Assembly: GCA_024626585.2 (NCBI GenBank)
Contig: JANKJI020000002.1
Location: 92,596,469-92,621,730 of the forward strand
Length of the DNA: 25,262 nt
Direction of reading: 5' to 3'
From: Ginkgo biloba
Taxonomy: Eukaryota > Plantae > Ginkgophyta
Position numbers and translations under genes: made by a program. The notes under the pieces are model-generated. The model did not search any database, was not told where the DNA came from, and was given only the letters and a program-made list of their open reading frames with translations. Shown piece after piece: positions 1 to 10,640 of the stretch; position 1 is the first letter of the stretch, and each line of letters opens with the position of its first letter.

Positions 1-761
1 TTATCTTCTAAAAGGGTATAACTATTAACATCCAATAACTTAGGATGAGAGCCTCCGCTATATTCAACATTGATATAACATGGTGATGCTCAGTTCAAGC
101 AATAAGTCACCATTTAAAAATTGTTTAGTATTTTTTCCCCAAATGCCCTTTGACATATCACTTACAAAGTCAAAATAGGATAAGTCCATTGTAAAAGGTG
201 ATGAGAGATAGAGGGCCATTAATTTAATGGAAACTATTGAATATATACAGATACAAGTGTCATAATAACTACACAAATATAAGTAGAGGTATAAGGAGCA
301 CTATGACCAACACATAATATTTTATACCTTTAAAGTCATAGATATGGTGTGGTTACACATTAGTAATCAAGGGATATAAGGTCTAGGAAAGAAGTTGAAT
401 CCCATTAGGTATGGTTCGTTCAAGGTTGTGCAACAGGTGGAGAGAATGATTTCTGACTGAATTTGCCAGTGCACATGGGGATCTACTCTGTCGTCAATTC
501 AAATAGTTTGAAATTGTTCAAACCGTCTATTCTTGATGAACATGAAGAGGCCAGACCAGTATTCCCATCCCTAGACGACTTGGTACCAGATGTATAGGCT
601 GAGTTTCAATCCAATGTCATTTTGTAAAGGAAATTTCGAGACACCAGGAGGGAAAGATAGAGTTTTTTCAGATCGGTATGAAAAGACAGGTACTAACAAA
701 AGCAAAGTGGTACAAGCTCGAAGAGGTGGAGGAAAAGTTTCCTCACTTCAAAATTGACTAA
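1..761 (+). mobile_element. Decayed Ty3/gypsy (chromovirus, CRM-like) integrase C-terminal half with GPY/F motif and chromodomain-like tail
   Basis: Manual translation from nt 2: LLKGYNY*HPIT*DESLRYIQH*YN..SSSNKSPF...RYKEHYDQH...FKVIDMVWLHIS...GKKLNPIRYGSFKVVQQV/ENDF*LNLPVHMGIYSVVNSNSLKLFKPS...KAKWYKLEEVEEKFPHFKID*. This matches the gypsy integrase end (WDE.LPYIQHSYN, KSPF, FKVGD.VWL, RYGPF, IYSVVN). It has multiple stops and frameshifts. Confidence 0.93.
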
Positions 762-785
762 GTTTTTGAGGGACCAAAAACCCCC

Positions 786-797
786 AAAAGGGGGAGG
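786..797 (+). promoter_or_regulatory. Polypurine tract (PPT) of the chromovirus element
   Basis: AAAAGGGGGAGG lies just after the integrase stop and 2 nt before the LTR start. A near-identical motif occurs at 17861-17871. Confidence 0.85.
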
Positions 798-799
798 TC

Positions 800-1777
800 T
801 AATCCGTTTGTCAGATCAAAAAGAAGAGACCATGTCGATCAAAGAGAGCTTGTCACTGTCGACGGATGGTACAAAAGGCAAATTAGCCATTATCGGCAAA
901 TAAGGTAAGATTAGTTCGTATATCGACAGATGGGGAAAAGACAAACTTGTCGCTATCGGCAAAGGGTGCAAAGCTATGTTCGTCGTTGTTGGCGATAGAG
1001 ACAAAGTCAAGTCATCATTGTCAGTGAAACGTTGTAGAACCAGTCTGTCACTGGCAACGAATGGTGTGACGACAAGACCATCGATGTCAGTGGAGGAATT
1101 AAATCAAAATTCCAGGTGTTTGGAGGTTGGTCATTGACAGAGAGAGAAAAACCAAGAAGAAAGCACTATTTTTGTTTGGCGACATAGACTCAAACCGACG
1201 AAGCCAAAAGGTGTCCCACACTTCGACAAGTTGATAGAAAGGAAAAGTAACGGCATAACTCACTCTGACAAAGGCCCCGACAACGAAGACACAGGTCGAC
1301 GAGACAGTTCAACTATCTTGAGCGATTATAGAACCAAATCGACACTTGGGGAAAAAGGTTGAAAAGTCGAAACTGTGTAAGGGACATAGGAGAGAGAGAG
1401 CAAGAAACAAGTGGGACAAAGAGTGAATCAGCAAAAGGGCAATTCAAAGAAAATCTCATGGAACAAGGAAGATGGAAAAAGCCTATGTTATTGTGTGCAG
1501 TCCTATGAGCAGTGTCTCATGAGTAGAGTCATAGGCGTAGTAGTGGTTGTAATTCCTTGTTTGAGTATTCCTAGTATATTCTGGAGTTTTATTCCCCAAG
1601 AGGATTTTTCCAGTTAAAAATCCTGTGTGGCTATGTAAACTTGATGTGTGTGACCAATTTTACTTATGCTCTTGAATTTTAAGTTCAGGTTGTATGGATT
1701 GCATACATTAGTAGAGATAGTAAACTAGCTTCAAAGAATCTATAGTTAATTACATTGGGCAATTTTGACTCACCTAT
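800..1777 (+). mobile_element. 3' LTR (~980 bp, right end runs into gap)
   Basis: Starts TAATCC (expected TGATCC) right after the PPT. It contains a repeat-rich U3, a GA-rich stretch and a U5-like motif (CTGGAGTTTTATTCCCCAAGAGGATTTTTCCAG). It ends ...GACTCACCTAT at the gap, consistent with a ...TATCA terminus. Confidence 0.8.
830..1140. repeat. Degenerate short palindromic motif array in LTR U3
   Basis: Recurrent variants GTCACTGTCGACG, GCCATTATCGGCAAA, GTCGCTATCGGCAAA, GTCGTTGTTGGCGA, CATTGTCAGTGAA, GTCACTGGCAAC and CGATGTCAGTGGA, spaced roughly 30-40 bp apart. Confidence 0.65.
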
Positions 1778-2214
1778 NNNNNNNNNNNNNNNNNNNNNNN
1801 NNNNNNNNNNNNNNNNNNNNNNNNNNNNNNNNNNNNNNNNNNNNNNNNNNNNNNNNNNNNNNNNNNNNNNNNNNNNNATATTGGACCATTTTTTTTAAGT
1901 ATAAAGAATAATTTGGATACCTACTCTATATATTTGATAGGATGTATGAAATGAGTATCAAGAATTTTTGAACCTCTACCTAGATAATAGATTATAATTT
2001 TACATTGCAAAGTATTTTATCCTATCAATATGGTTTAGAATCAAGTTTCATTAATATGGTATGACTCACCACTTTGGGGTCCATCCCAAGCATCTCTAAA
2101 CAAGACTAAGAAAAAATATCTCTATACTCTTAGAAGAGTTGTATGCTTTTTTTTTTTTATTATATTATATACTCAGTATTCATTCAAATTAAATTAGGNN
2201 NNNNNNNNATTGAT

Positions 2215-3085
2215 TGAAGTGTACTCAAGACTATCAAAGTAAGAGACATTAATTTTCCTTATGGGGCTAATGTTCACGAGTTTATCCTCTTCAAATTATT
2301 CTAGGGATTATAACATGAAAGAGAAAAACCTATAACCACTTTTGGTAAGAAATTTCTTATTTCCATAACTTCCACTTCAATGAAAGTACCTTAGAAGAGA
2401 CCATTACTATGTGAGAAATAATATCAACCAAATTTATAATGGTTATAATCCCAATTATATGGTTCACCCCATAGAAACTTAAGTAAGCCTTCATTGTTGG
2501 TGAAATAATTTAAAGGTAGTACGTCAATTATGAAAACATGATGAGATAAATATGGGAAAGGATCTCCATTGGATGAATGTTCAAATGTAAGAGATAAAAA
2601 TCATATACATGATCCAATAAGGTAACGATCTTGAAACCTATCTTTTGAACAATCATATGATATCAAGACAACATTAGGGGACTCAATAATTTATTCTTAT
2701 ATATCCCTTTATAAAGGATTATCTAAATAAATGACTAGGAATAATTCATGCTCATTGATATAGGGTTGAGGAATATTCCACACATATTTGAGTTGATTAA
2801 TAATAACTATTTTCCCATCATAAGGGAATTGTATGATTTGGAATATAGTTGAGATGACTATTTATATTGCCTCAATCGAATTCCTATCAAGTAATAACTT
2901 GTACTAAAGTGGCTTGTCCATAACCTTGATATTAACATTAGCTATTTGGGTAGAAACTTAAGAGTCCATAATAGATATTTATTTCAAGCATCATAATATT
3001 TTAGAGTGTTTGAGCTCGAATTAAGCTTAGTAAGCCCCAAGTTTTGCAAAGTATTATTAGCCATGATAGATAGTACTGACCCTTA
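2215..3085 (-). mobile_element. Decayed Tat/Ogre-like gypsy pol fragment: aspartic protease and protease-RT linker
   Basis: Minus strand reads GSVLSIMANNTLQNLGLTKLNSSSNTLKYYD...VNIKVMDKPL*YKLLLDRNSIEAI*IVISTIFQIIQFPYDGKIVIINQL (cf. Tat protease VEVVDAPLDYNLLLGR.W..AM.AVVST.FR...FPHEGRIVTIDQL). Further on it reads EDKLVNISPIRKINVS (cf. EGNLGNISPTIPIDIS). Confidence 0.8.
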
Positions 3086-3109
3086 ATATACTAAGAACAG
3101 ATTACATTT

Positions 3110-3570
3110 TGACGCAAATATTTTCATGTGGATAGATAAAAGAGATGAATATGGAATATTTAATTTTAAATCTTGGGCACTCAATTAAATTTTAACAATG
3201 GTGGTCAAATAAAAATGTTAACTCAAATCATCAAATATATGTTAACATAAAATGTGGCTACTAAAAAAACAAGTTAGGAAGAAAAACTTCTTTTTAGAGA
3301 TTTTTTTTATAATAATAGCAATCACTTAGCAATAGATATGCCTCCATTTTGAGCGATGTGTGAATATAATTTTCTTATTCCTTTGGATTAATATTTGAAT
3401 AATTTCATTAGGAGGACACAATTTCCTTCATAAATTATGGAACAAATGCAAGAGGAGTTAAGATAATGCTAAAGAAACATAGAAAAATGTCAAGGCCATA
3501 CAAAATTATATGTTGATAAAAATAGGTGATTGAGATATTTTGAAGTGGGAGACATTGTTATGTTATTTAA
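3110..3570 (+). mobile_element. Decayed chromovirus integrase core/C-terminal fragment
   Basis: ILGTQLNF..GQIKMLTQIIKYML...FFYNNSNHLAIDMPPF*AM...MEQMQEELR*AKE..EKCQGHTKLYVDKNR*LRYFEVGDIVML resembles [30 protein letters not shown]...FAYNNSYH.SI.M.PFEA...FEVGD.V.L. Confidence 0.8.
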
Positions 3571-3644
3571 TGAAACATATGGAAATTATGATGAATCTAT
3601 TAAACACATGATATAAAAATATACAAATGATTGTTAGCATGGGA

Positions 3645-4270
3645 TGTTTATGCAAGATGAATGGTATCTCTTTGGATAAGTTTGCTCCCTTGGTGGCTTA
3701 AAGTGAATCTCCTTAATAGATAGCCAAATATACAAAAAGAATGCAATATAATATGAAATACAATATTTTCTCTAATATATTGATATTATAATCCACACAT
3801 AATAAATGAAACCCTAATCTTATAAAGAACCATGGACATATAAAGTGAGAAAAAAATTTGATATGCAAAATGGTGTCTTTATAAAAATAGGGACTAGGTG
3901 AAAACAAATGAATTCTATCACCAAGAAGGGATCATACAATGGATGAAATTCTCTTATTCCTCTCTCCCTCCAATCTAAATCCCTTTTTAGGAGTATATGT
4001 GTGAATTTCAATGGATCAATGCCTCAAATTATGACAAGAATATCAAATCCTAAGAGTTATTTCTTATGGAGATAATTATCTTTACATAGCATTATTTATG
4101 AATCCCTAGAATAAACTAATGGACAATAAATGCATACTAAAGAATTTATATGATAATGATAATGTTAATAGATGAAAAATATAGATCTTTTATGCTTCTA
4201 AATGTTTTTAATATATATGATATAATGGCCTCATGACCTTAACCATGGTGGAATCTCATTAAATGCTATA
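3645..4270 (-). mobile_element. Solo LTR (626 bp) with 5-bp target-site duplication
   Basis: Plus-strand ends are TGTTTATGC...AATGCTATA (TG...CA with CA>TA). Flanks are TGGGA (3640-3644) and AGGGA (4271-4275). It has internal similarity to 10580-10630 (ATATATGAT..CCTCATGACCTTAA.CATGG..GAATCT). Confidence 0.7.
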
Positions 4271-4592
4271 AGGGAGTGTCTTATAATCCAACATAAGTTT
4301 CGTTGGGTGATATGCGTATCTGCTACATAGACAATGGTATTAAACTTCTCCCATAACTAATTATAGCACAAAAAAAACCATAATTCTATGTTGGGTCAAT
4401 GTGTAGCATGAATTAACCAATGAAGTATAACAACATAACCTTGTTCTGTGATTCCACTATGTAAAGGGATCATTAAGTGAGATAAAATATANNNNNNNNN
4501 NNNNNNNNNNNNNNNNNNNNNNNNNNNNNNNNNNNNNNNNNNNNNNNNNNNNNNNNNNNNNNNNNNNNNNNNNNNNNNNNNNNNNNNNNNNA

Positions 4593-4960
4593 AAATGGGC
4601 TCACTTGCTATTAAAGATATACGAGTTTGATGTGGACGTAGAACTTGTGAAAATTATGAAGGGACAAGGTCTATATAAGATGATGGTCGAGTCCTAATCC
4701 AAAATCCTAGCTCAACTCTAGTAGGAAGGATATTTACATGAAGAATACCTAATGAACACCATGGTATTAAGCCAAGATGATGTAGAGTATGATCCTTTCC
4801 TAGAAGATATGAGGTATTATTTATTGAATGGAGTCTTCTTGAACTACCTCAATAAAAATGCTAAGAGATGTCTAAATATGAAATACATTCCCTATAAACT
4901 ATTGCAAGGTGAGTTATATAGGAAAGGATATGATGGCTCTCTTATTCAATGTATTAACAT
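4593..4960 (+). mobile_element. Non-chromovirus (Tat-like) gypsy pol fragment: end of RNase H to start of integrase
   Basis: KWAHLLLKIYEFDVDVELVKIMKGQGLYKMMVES (cf. W..KI.EFD.EIK.TKLVKGQGL.KL.AES), followed by ORF 4752: DPFLEDMRYYLLNG...NKNAKRCLNMKYIPYKLLQGELYRKGYDGSLIQCI. Confidence 0.85.
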
Positions 4961-5144
4961 AAAAAATTCAACCAAAAATGATGTCGAAATGGGAAGGGGA
5001 CGTAGAGGGAAACATCAACTTTCCAAGGGTCGAATGATTATGTTTAGTTAAGTGAGCTCTGGGAGTAAAAAGCAAAAGCTTTGAAAAAAACCTCGAAGAG
5101 GGGTCGTCTGATTCCTGGAGACATGCAACAACCTCTAGAATGCA

Positions 5145-5520
5145 CTAGAACTTGCTAAAATTATATGCATTCAAGATTAGAGACCTGCCACACTTATTAG
5201 TGCGTTAGCCATTGCTAAATGAATGGAGTTGAGTCTACTACCACAATCATTGGCATCAACCACCATTCCCACTCTTGGGCCTCTTTTTTCCCTACCTCAA
5301 TCTATAACAACTCCAATGGAGATTTATCTAATTCAAACTTCTAAAGTATGAATGGTTCAAAATTTACAATGACCAAATTGAGATGCTCATGAATTTCCAT
5401 TATGCTTTAATTACCATTAGTATGGTCATATTTAGAATCATTATAGTTGACCTCCTTAGGCTCAACAAAATGTGCAGTTTGAAAATGCACTTGATTATAC
5501 TCTCTCGATAAATGCTTAAC
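5145..5520 (+). mobile_element. Decayed chromovirus-type gag C-terminus with zinc knuckle
   Basis: RPATLISALAIAK*MEL...TTPMEIY (PMEID motif, 5313)...CFNYH*YGHI*NHY (CX2CX4HX4C with TGC/TGT>TAC/TAT changes, 5403-5444)...SINA*. Confidence 0.7.
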
Positions 5521-5749
5521 TGAGAGGATCGAAGGACATAATCATTCTTACTTTTTACCTAATAGTGCTCTTCAAGCTTCTTGTATTATATCCAATTTTT
5601 TATTTTCTATTCCTATGTTCATATATGGTTGTGCAATCAATTATAGCTANNNNNNNNNNNNNNNNNNNNNNNNNNNNNNNNNNNNNNNNNNNNNNNNNNN
5701 NNNNNNNNNNNNNNNNNNNNNNNNNNNNNNNNNNNNNNNNNNNNNNNNN

Positions 5750-6110
5750 CCACACCTCTCTTCAAGATGATATGACCTAAATAATGAACTTTTTTTCATA
5801 AAATCCATATTTTCTTAACTTTGTATATAATTGGTTCTTCCTTAGGTTCTCTCATGTGAACCTTAATTATTTTGCATTCTTTATTGGTTTTAGAATACAC
5901 AAATATTTCCTATAGGAATACTCATATAAAATTATCCAAATAGGTTCAAAATATATTAGTCATTAATGACATAAATTTGGAACAAGCATTCACTAGCCTA
6001 AAAAGTAGAATTTTATAAATTATAAATGACCATACATTGTCCTCAAAGTTGTTATAAATATGTCTTACTCAATTCTAATTTATGTTGAACTAAGATCTAT
6101 ATTAGAAATA
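5750..6110 (-). mobile_element. Decayed chromovirus reverse transcriptase fragment
   Basis: Minus strand: SNIDLSST*IRIE*DIFITTLRTMYGH...LVNACSKFMSLMTNIF*TYLDNFI*VFL*EIFVYSKT...LRKNQLYTKLRKYGFY..VHYLGHII. This matches SKIDLRSGYHQIRI..DI.KTAFRTRYGH..FGLTNAP..FM..FLDDILVYSK..QLYAKLSKC.F...YLGHII. Confidence 0.88.
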
Positions 6111-7109
6111 TTCTTTTCTCCCTTTATTTGATCAAGCTAATCATTTATGTGTGCATGTATGCATGTGTGCACTTTTTTTGTATTTTCAATATTTACTTAA
6201 TCACATTAAGATAATAAAATTTATTTAAAGTGTATCACATGGTTTTCTTGTAATATATAGGAAAATGAACTTTCCAAACATTTTCAAACTATAAATATAA
6301 AAAGATACACATTATCTTTTATATACAATATGTATGAAAGGATTCATATATGTTTTTTATCATTATGTTTTTGTGTTTTTTTCTATGTACTCCTTTTTAA
6401 TAAAATCTCATTGGAATGCTCTACTCCCTATTCCCATTAAGATAAGTATTCAATTGTTGATTCCCATAATAAAAATTATTTTATATTCTCCTTTAGTTTT
6501 TAATATTAGTCATCTCCAATAGGCATAATATATAATATGTTTCTTAAATTATTTGCATGCTTTAGTACTATCTATTTTGTAATTTTCTAAGTTTCTAAAC
6601 TTATGTCATTTCTATATTTATCATTCCTATGTTCAAAATAACTAGAAACTATATTTATGTAATATATAAATCCTAAAATGCTATATTAAAAGATATTGAA
6701 TATGAATATTTACCATGGAGAGATAAATTAGTTGCATTATAGAAGAATTATCATTAGAGTGCATCCTTTTTTTTTTCTTTAATTCCATGTATTTCAGCTA
6801 TAAGTAGAGCATCTTAATTATGGGATTTTTATTCTATATATTAAGAGTGTAACCAATCTATAATATTATCCTAGAATTAAAATTTCACCTACATTAATAT
6901 TTTCCTCATGATAACCTTCTACAATATTTTTATCTTCAGATTGTTAAGGCCTTGTTTGCTAATATTTTCAAATAGAAATAACATTAAAAAATAGTAGAAT
7001 GTTGAATATTAACTAACAAAAAACTAAATGAAAAAGTATCATAATTCTAACTATGAAATAACAATATATGAAAGAGAGAATAAAAGAATTATTATATTAA
7101 ATTATGACA

Positions 7110-7207
7110 TTCCTCTTTAAGGGGGAAACCTCCTTGAGAAAAAAGCTCCGATACAAAATAAGATTCAATATGATCATCTCTTTATCATAACCTCAATATA
7201 TAAGCAT
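7110..7207 (-). mobile_element. Possible LTR U5-like fragment
   Basis: GGGGGAAACCTCCTTGAGAAAAAAGCTCC is the reverse of the GGAGTTTTT..AGG.TTTCC motif also seen in the LTR at ~1582-1612. It is short and cut by a gap. Confidence 0.3.
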
Positions 7208-7399
7208 NNNNNNNNNNNNNNNNNNNNNNNNNNNNNNNNNNNNNNNNNNNNNNNNNNNNNNNNNNNNNNNNNNNNNNNNNNNNNNNNNNNNNNNNNNNNN
7301 NNNNNNNTACTACTAAACTAATCCTAATTATTTGAATTTTAGGCCAAAGTAGGATCAAATAAGAGTTTTATAAAAATATTATGCTTAAGTGGTAAAAAT

Positions 7400-8660
7400 T
7401 AAAGCTATATGAATTTATGTCAAGAGAGACTCCAAGGGTTAAGTAAAAAATCCCTTTAAGGTCATCTTGCATATGCTAACTCTCCTATAGGAAATGGGTA
7501 TATGGGAATATGTTAATGGTCCTCTCCTTAGACTAGTTTCTAAAACTTAGCACATCAAGAATCCTTTTATTTTTCCTCCCTATGTGTTGGTATACCCAAC
7601 CATATATATTTTTTATTTTATTCCTTCTTATTCTAAATGTATATAGAAGTGTTATGCCATCACTTTTTTTGGGTCTCGATCACCCTCCAAAATAGCCAAG
7701 TCATGTTATTATTACATGAAAATTTCATTGCATTGCATTTTAATTTCAAACCAAAAGGAACATTTTTCCATTATTACACAAACATTTATATCTTTCATTT
7801 ATTTCATTTTTATCACTTGTTTCATTTTTACTAGATTGGTCCATTGATACTAGGTACCTATGAATTTCTTTCTCAGCCAATCATGAAAAATTCCATGCCA
7901 AGCTAAATAATCTATCTAACTTATTGGAAACTAATAATATAATAATCCTTGAGGTATCTCCACTATATTTTAAGGACATATTATTGGTTGAACTCCTTTG
8001 GATAATCTAAACTAGCCTTTCAAAGTTTATCCATGGATTCTACAGATATAAAAATCAATAGAGTTGATATTAAAACTAAACTCAAGGAAGTAGAGTACTA
8101 ATCTCTACCATCCCTTAGTGACTATGTCATTTATTCTTGAACTTCTATCACTTTATCCATGAGCCAAGGGTTTATTTTTCCCATCACTCCTCATGGTCAT
8201 ATTTTGGTAAAACATGGGATCGAATATTTTAAAATTTATTGTATAGGTGATTATCCTCATCATCATATATTGAGGTTATTAGGACACCTCCTATTACTAT
8301 TTCCCCTACTACATTAAGATAACATGACTCACCCTATAATTACTTTTAATATTTTTCCTTTAATATCTAAATGTTTGAGTCCTTTACTTTACCTAATCAA
8401 GATTCACCTAAAGGATGTTCTTCCTCTTTTCTAAAAGTTATAACATCTAGTCAACTATGGATCCCATGTTCTCAATCCTTATGTTAACATATGGTTTTAT
8501 TTGTGTCTCTAATTTTTTATCCTTTTTAATCTCATTCTACTATACCACAACCACTAAATAGTGTCCCTTTATAATTAGGGGTTCCTTTACCATAATTATA
8601 TAGCCTTATTGCTTATGGGGCTATACTTATCCAACCCAACACTACTACTCCTATTGACAC
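7400..8660 (+). mobile_element. Probable Tat/Ogre-like 3' non-coding region (possibly with a decayed extra ORF)
   Basis: CATTG/TTCATTT-rich tract (7725-7830) and GGGGCTATACTTATCCAACCC (8617-8637), which resembles the post-integrase repeat at 10897-10920. No core domain recognised. Confidence 0.3.
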
Positions 8661-8699
8661 TCACTTTATTTTTAACCAATTATCTCATTTGAAGTCGTC

Positions 8700-9700
8700 A
8701 TAACCAACCAATCTATTTGTTACTATTATAAATCCTCCACAAAAATCTCACCATCTACAAATTTTACTTTCTCAACTAGTTTCATCAATGTGGCTATTAT
8801 ACTAAAATAACCATCCCATAGTAATCCTCTTATAATTAGATATAACCCTCTAATTTAATAAATTACTCTTATGTTTGGAGGTAATCCTCCACATATAAGG
8901 ATATATTTATCTCTTATCTCATAAGGTATTTCTTTCTCCTTGATCAATCCCATGACTAATCCATTAAGGGATAATTTATCATATGTGATCTAACCACCTA
9001 CAATACCTTCAGAGGTCATATATATATATATTAGGTAAACCACCTTTTCCTCCATTAAGAAACCCACGTCCCATCCAATAAGGTCAAAAATACATATAGT
9101 TTTGAAACATACCTCTTCAAAAACCTACCATACCTATGAACTTATATTCCCAAGACATTATCTATAATTTGATCAATTCATGAAGTATAGTTATGTTAAA
9201 AAAATACTCTATATAATTTACTCCACCATATTCAAATGTTGGTTAAAATTCATATTATGGGAATCCACCAATTATTCAATTGAATCCTCTATAATGTATG
9301 GGAAATCCATATTTCCCTTATGGGAATGTCCTATATAACCCTTATGGTTAACCATCCATTCCATAGAAAATATAATATGGGTCCATGTAATCACCTCATC
9401 TATATCAATTAGTGCATGATAAATTATCTTAAATCCTCTATAGAGGTAATTTGGGTCCATCCTATTCACAATAATAATGTTTATCATACTTAGAGGGTTT
9501 TGATTAATTATTGACCATATTGTTCATAAATTATCAAATCCTATAATATTTCCTTTTTCCACCTATTCTTAGGGAAACACCCTCCCCCATGCCTAAATAT
9601 TAAGTAAGGGATGGCGAGAATCATCATTACCATCTAATAAAGTTTAGGATATGGTGTACTATCCATGTTTATTATGAATCAACTAGATTGAGGTTATTCC
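8700..9700 (-). pseudogene. Decayed extra ORF, candidate plant mobile domain (PMD/aminotransferase-like)
   Basis: Minus frame PLLNI*AWGRVFP (9570-9610; cf. LLQ.WAWER) and, ~70 codons later, YHALIDIDEVITW-T-(fs)PY (9375-9420; cf. YR..LD....V.WTPY). Includes ORF 9272-9487. Confidence 0.4.
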
Positions 9701-9882
9701 AATGTTCATTCATTAAAGAAGTTGCTATATGGTTAACATAATTAGTAAATCAACCCATATCTATATTAGATCAATTAAGGATCAAATTTATCGAATAATT
9801 TAACAAATATGTGTCCTATATAAACTCCACTAACCTTCTTACTATCATGAAAAAGGACTCTTAGGGGTAGTTAGGGATAAGT

Positions 9883-9900
9883 GTCCCAATGTGTATTCTA
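9883..9900 (-). promoter_or_regulatory. Possible decayed primer-binding site (tRNA-Arg type)
   Basis: Minus strand TAGAATACACATTGGGAC versus the Tat/Retand-type TGGCACGCCCAGTGGGAC. Several mismatches, and ~14 nt from the presumed LTR end. Confidence 0.3.
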
Positions 9901-9914
9901 GAGAGACTAATAGA

Positions 9915-10640
9915 TGGTTTATATAAATCACTCTTTCTTAATAGAGTTCTTATGTCTTGTGTTTATGCCAAAAACTACATCTATATAATGTGTAGATAGG
10001 ATGAAGAAATCCATAGAAAAAATGTATAAAACATAGATGAGTGTGATTAAGGATGAGATCCTTATGCAAGAAGATGTTTAATTAGATATTATTTCTCCCT
10101 TATATGGATAGAAATGAAGTCTTATATGGATATTCAAACTTGTAATATGTATGCAATAAGAGAAAAAATATATTTTCTCCAAGGAAATAAATGGATTGGA
10201 ATAAAGAAACCATGCATTGAGAAGGGGATGCATATATAAATGAGATAGAAATTGATGCAAAGAGAATAATTACTTATTATAAAAGGGATAAGGTGGTGGT
10301 ATGTAGCGATCTCACCAAATATTAGTTTGTACCCTAGATGAATACAATCCCTTATTCCCTATTCTTATTTGTAATAAGTTATTACATGTGAGTTATACAA
10401 TATGAGTGCCTTAATGATATGAAATCATATATGATATCATCTCGCTATGAAATAACATGAATGAGATAATCCTTCTTAACAATATCTTAAAGAATATAAT
10501 GACACAATTTGAGATATAAAATAAGTTAGATGATATAATAAGTGATTTTCCATACCTCTCAATTTTGATTCAAAAGATGTATATATATGATAAATTATCC
10601 TCATGACCTTAATCATGGGGTGAATCTTATGATGTAGTTT
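9915..10640 (-). mobile_element. LTR related to the solo LTR at 3645-4270 (ends uncertain)
   Basis: Shared segment ATATATATGATAAATTATCCTCATGACCTTAATCATGGGGTGAATCT (10581-10627) versus 4211-4257. Candidate termini are TGGTTTATATAA (9915) or TGTTTATGCC (9960). Confidence 0.6.

Noticed and set aside
816-1617. ORFs 816-1010 (-) and 1411-1617 (+)
   Set aside because: They lie inside an LTR, are short and show no recognisable domain.
5565-5780. ORFs running through N gaps (also 10829, 14081-14386, 18917-19163, 22538, 24033)
   Set aside because: Open only because Ns translate as X; artefacts, or out-of-frame/antisense pieces of retroelements.
6120-7100. Hydrophobic short ORF 6334-6522 and surrounding AT-rich DNA
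   Set aside because: The F/I/L/Y-rich translation is expected from AT-rich non-coding sequence; no motif or splice structure is supportable.
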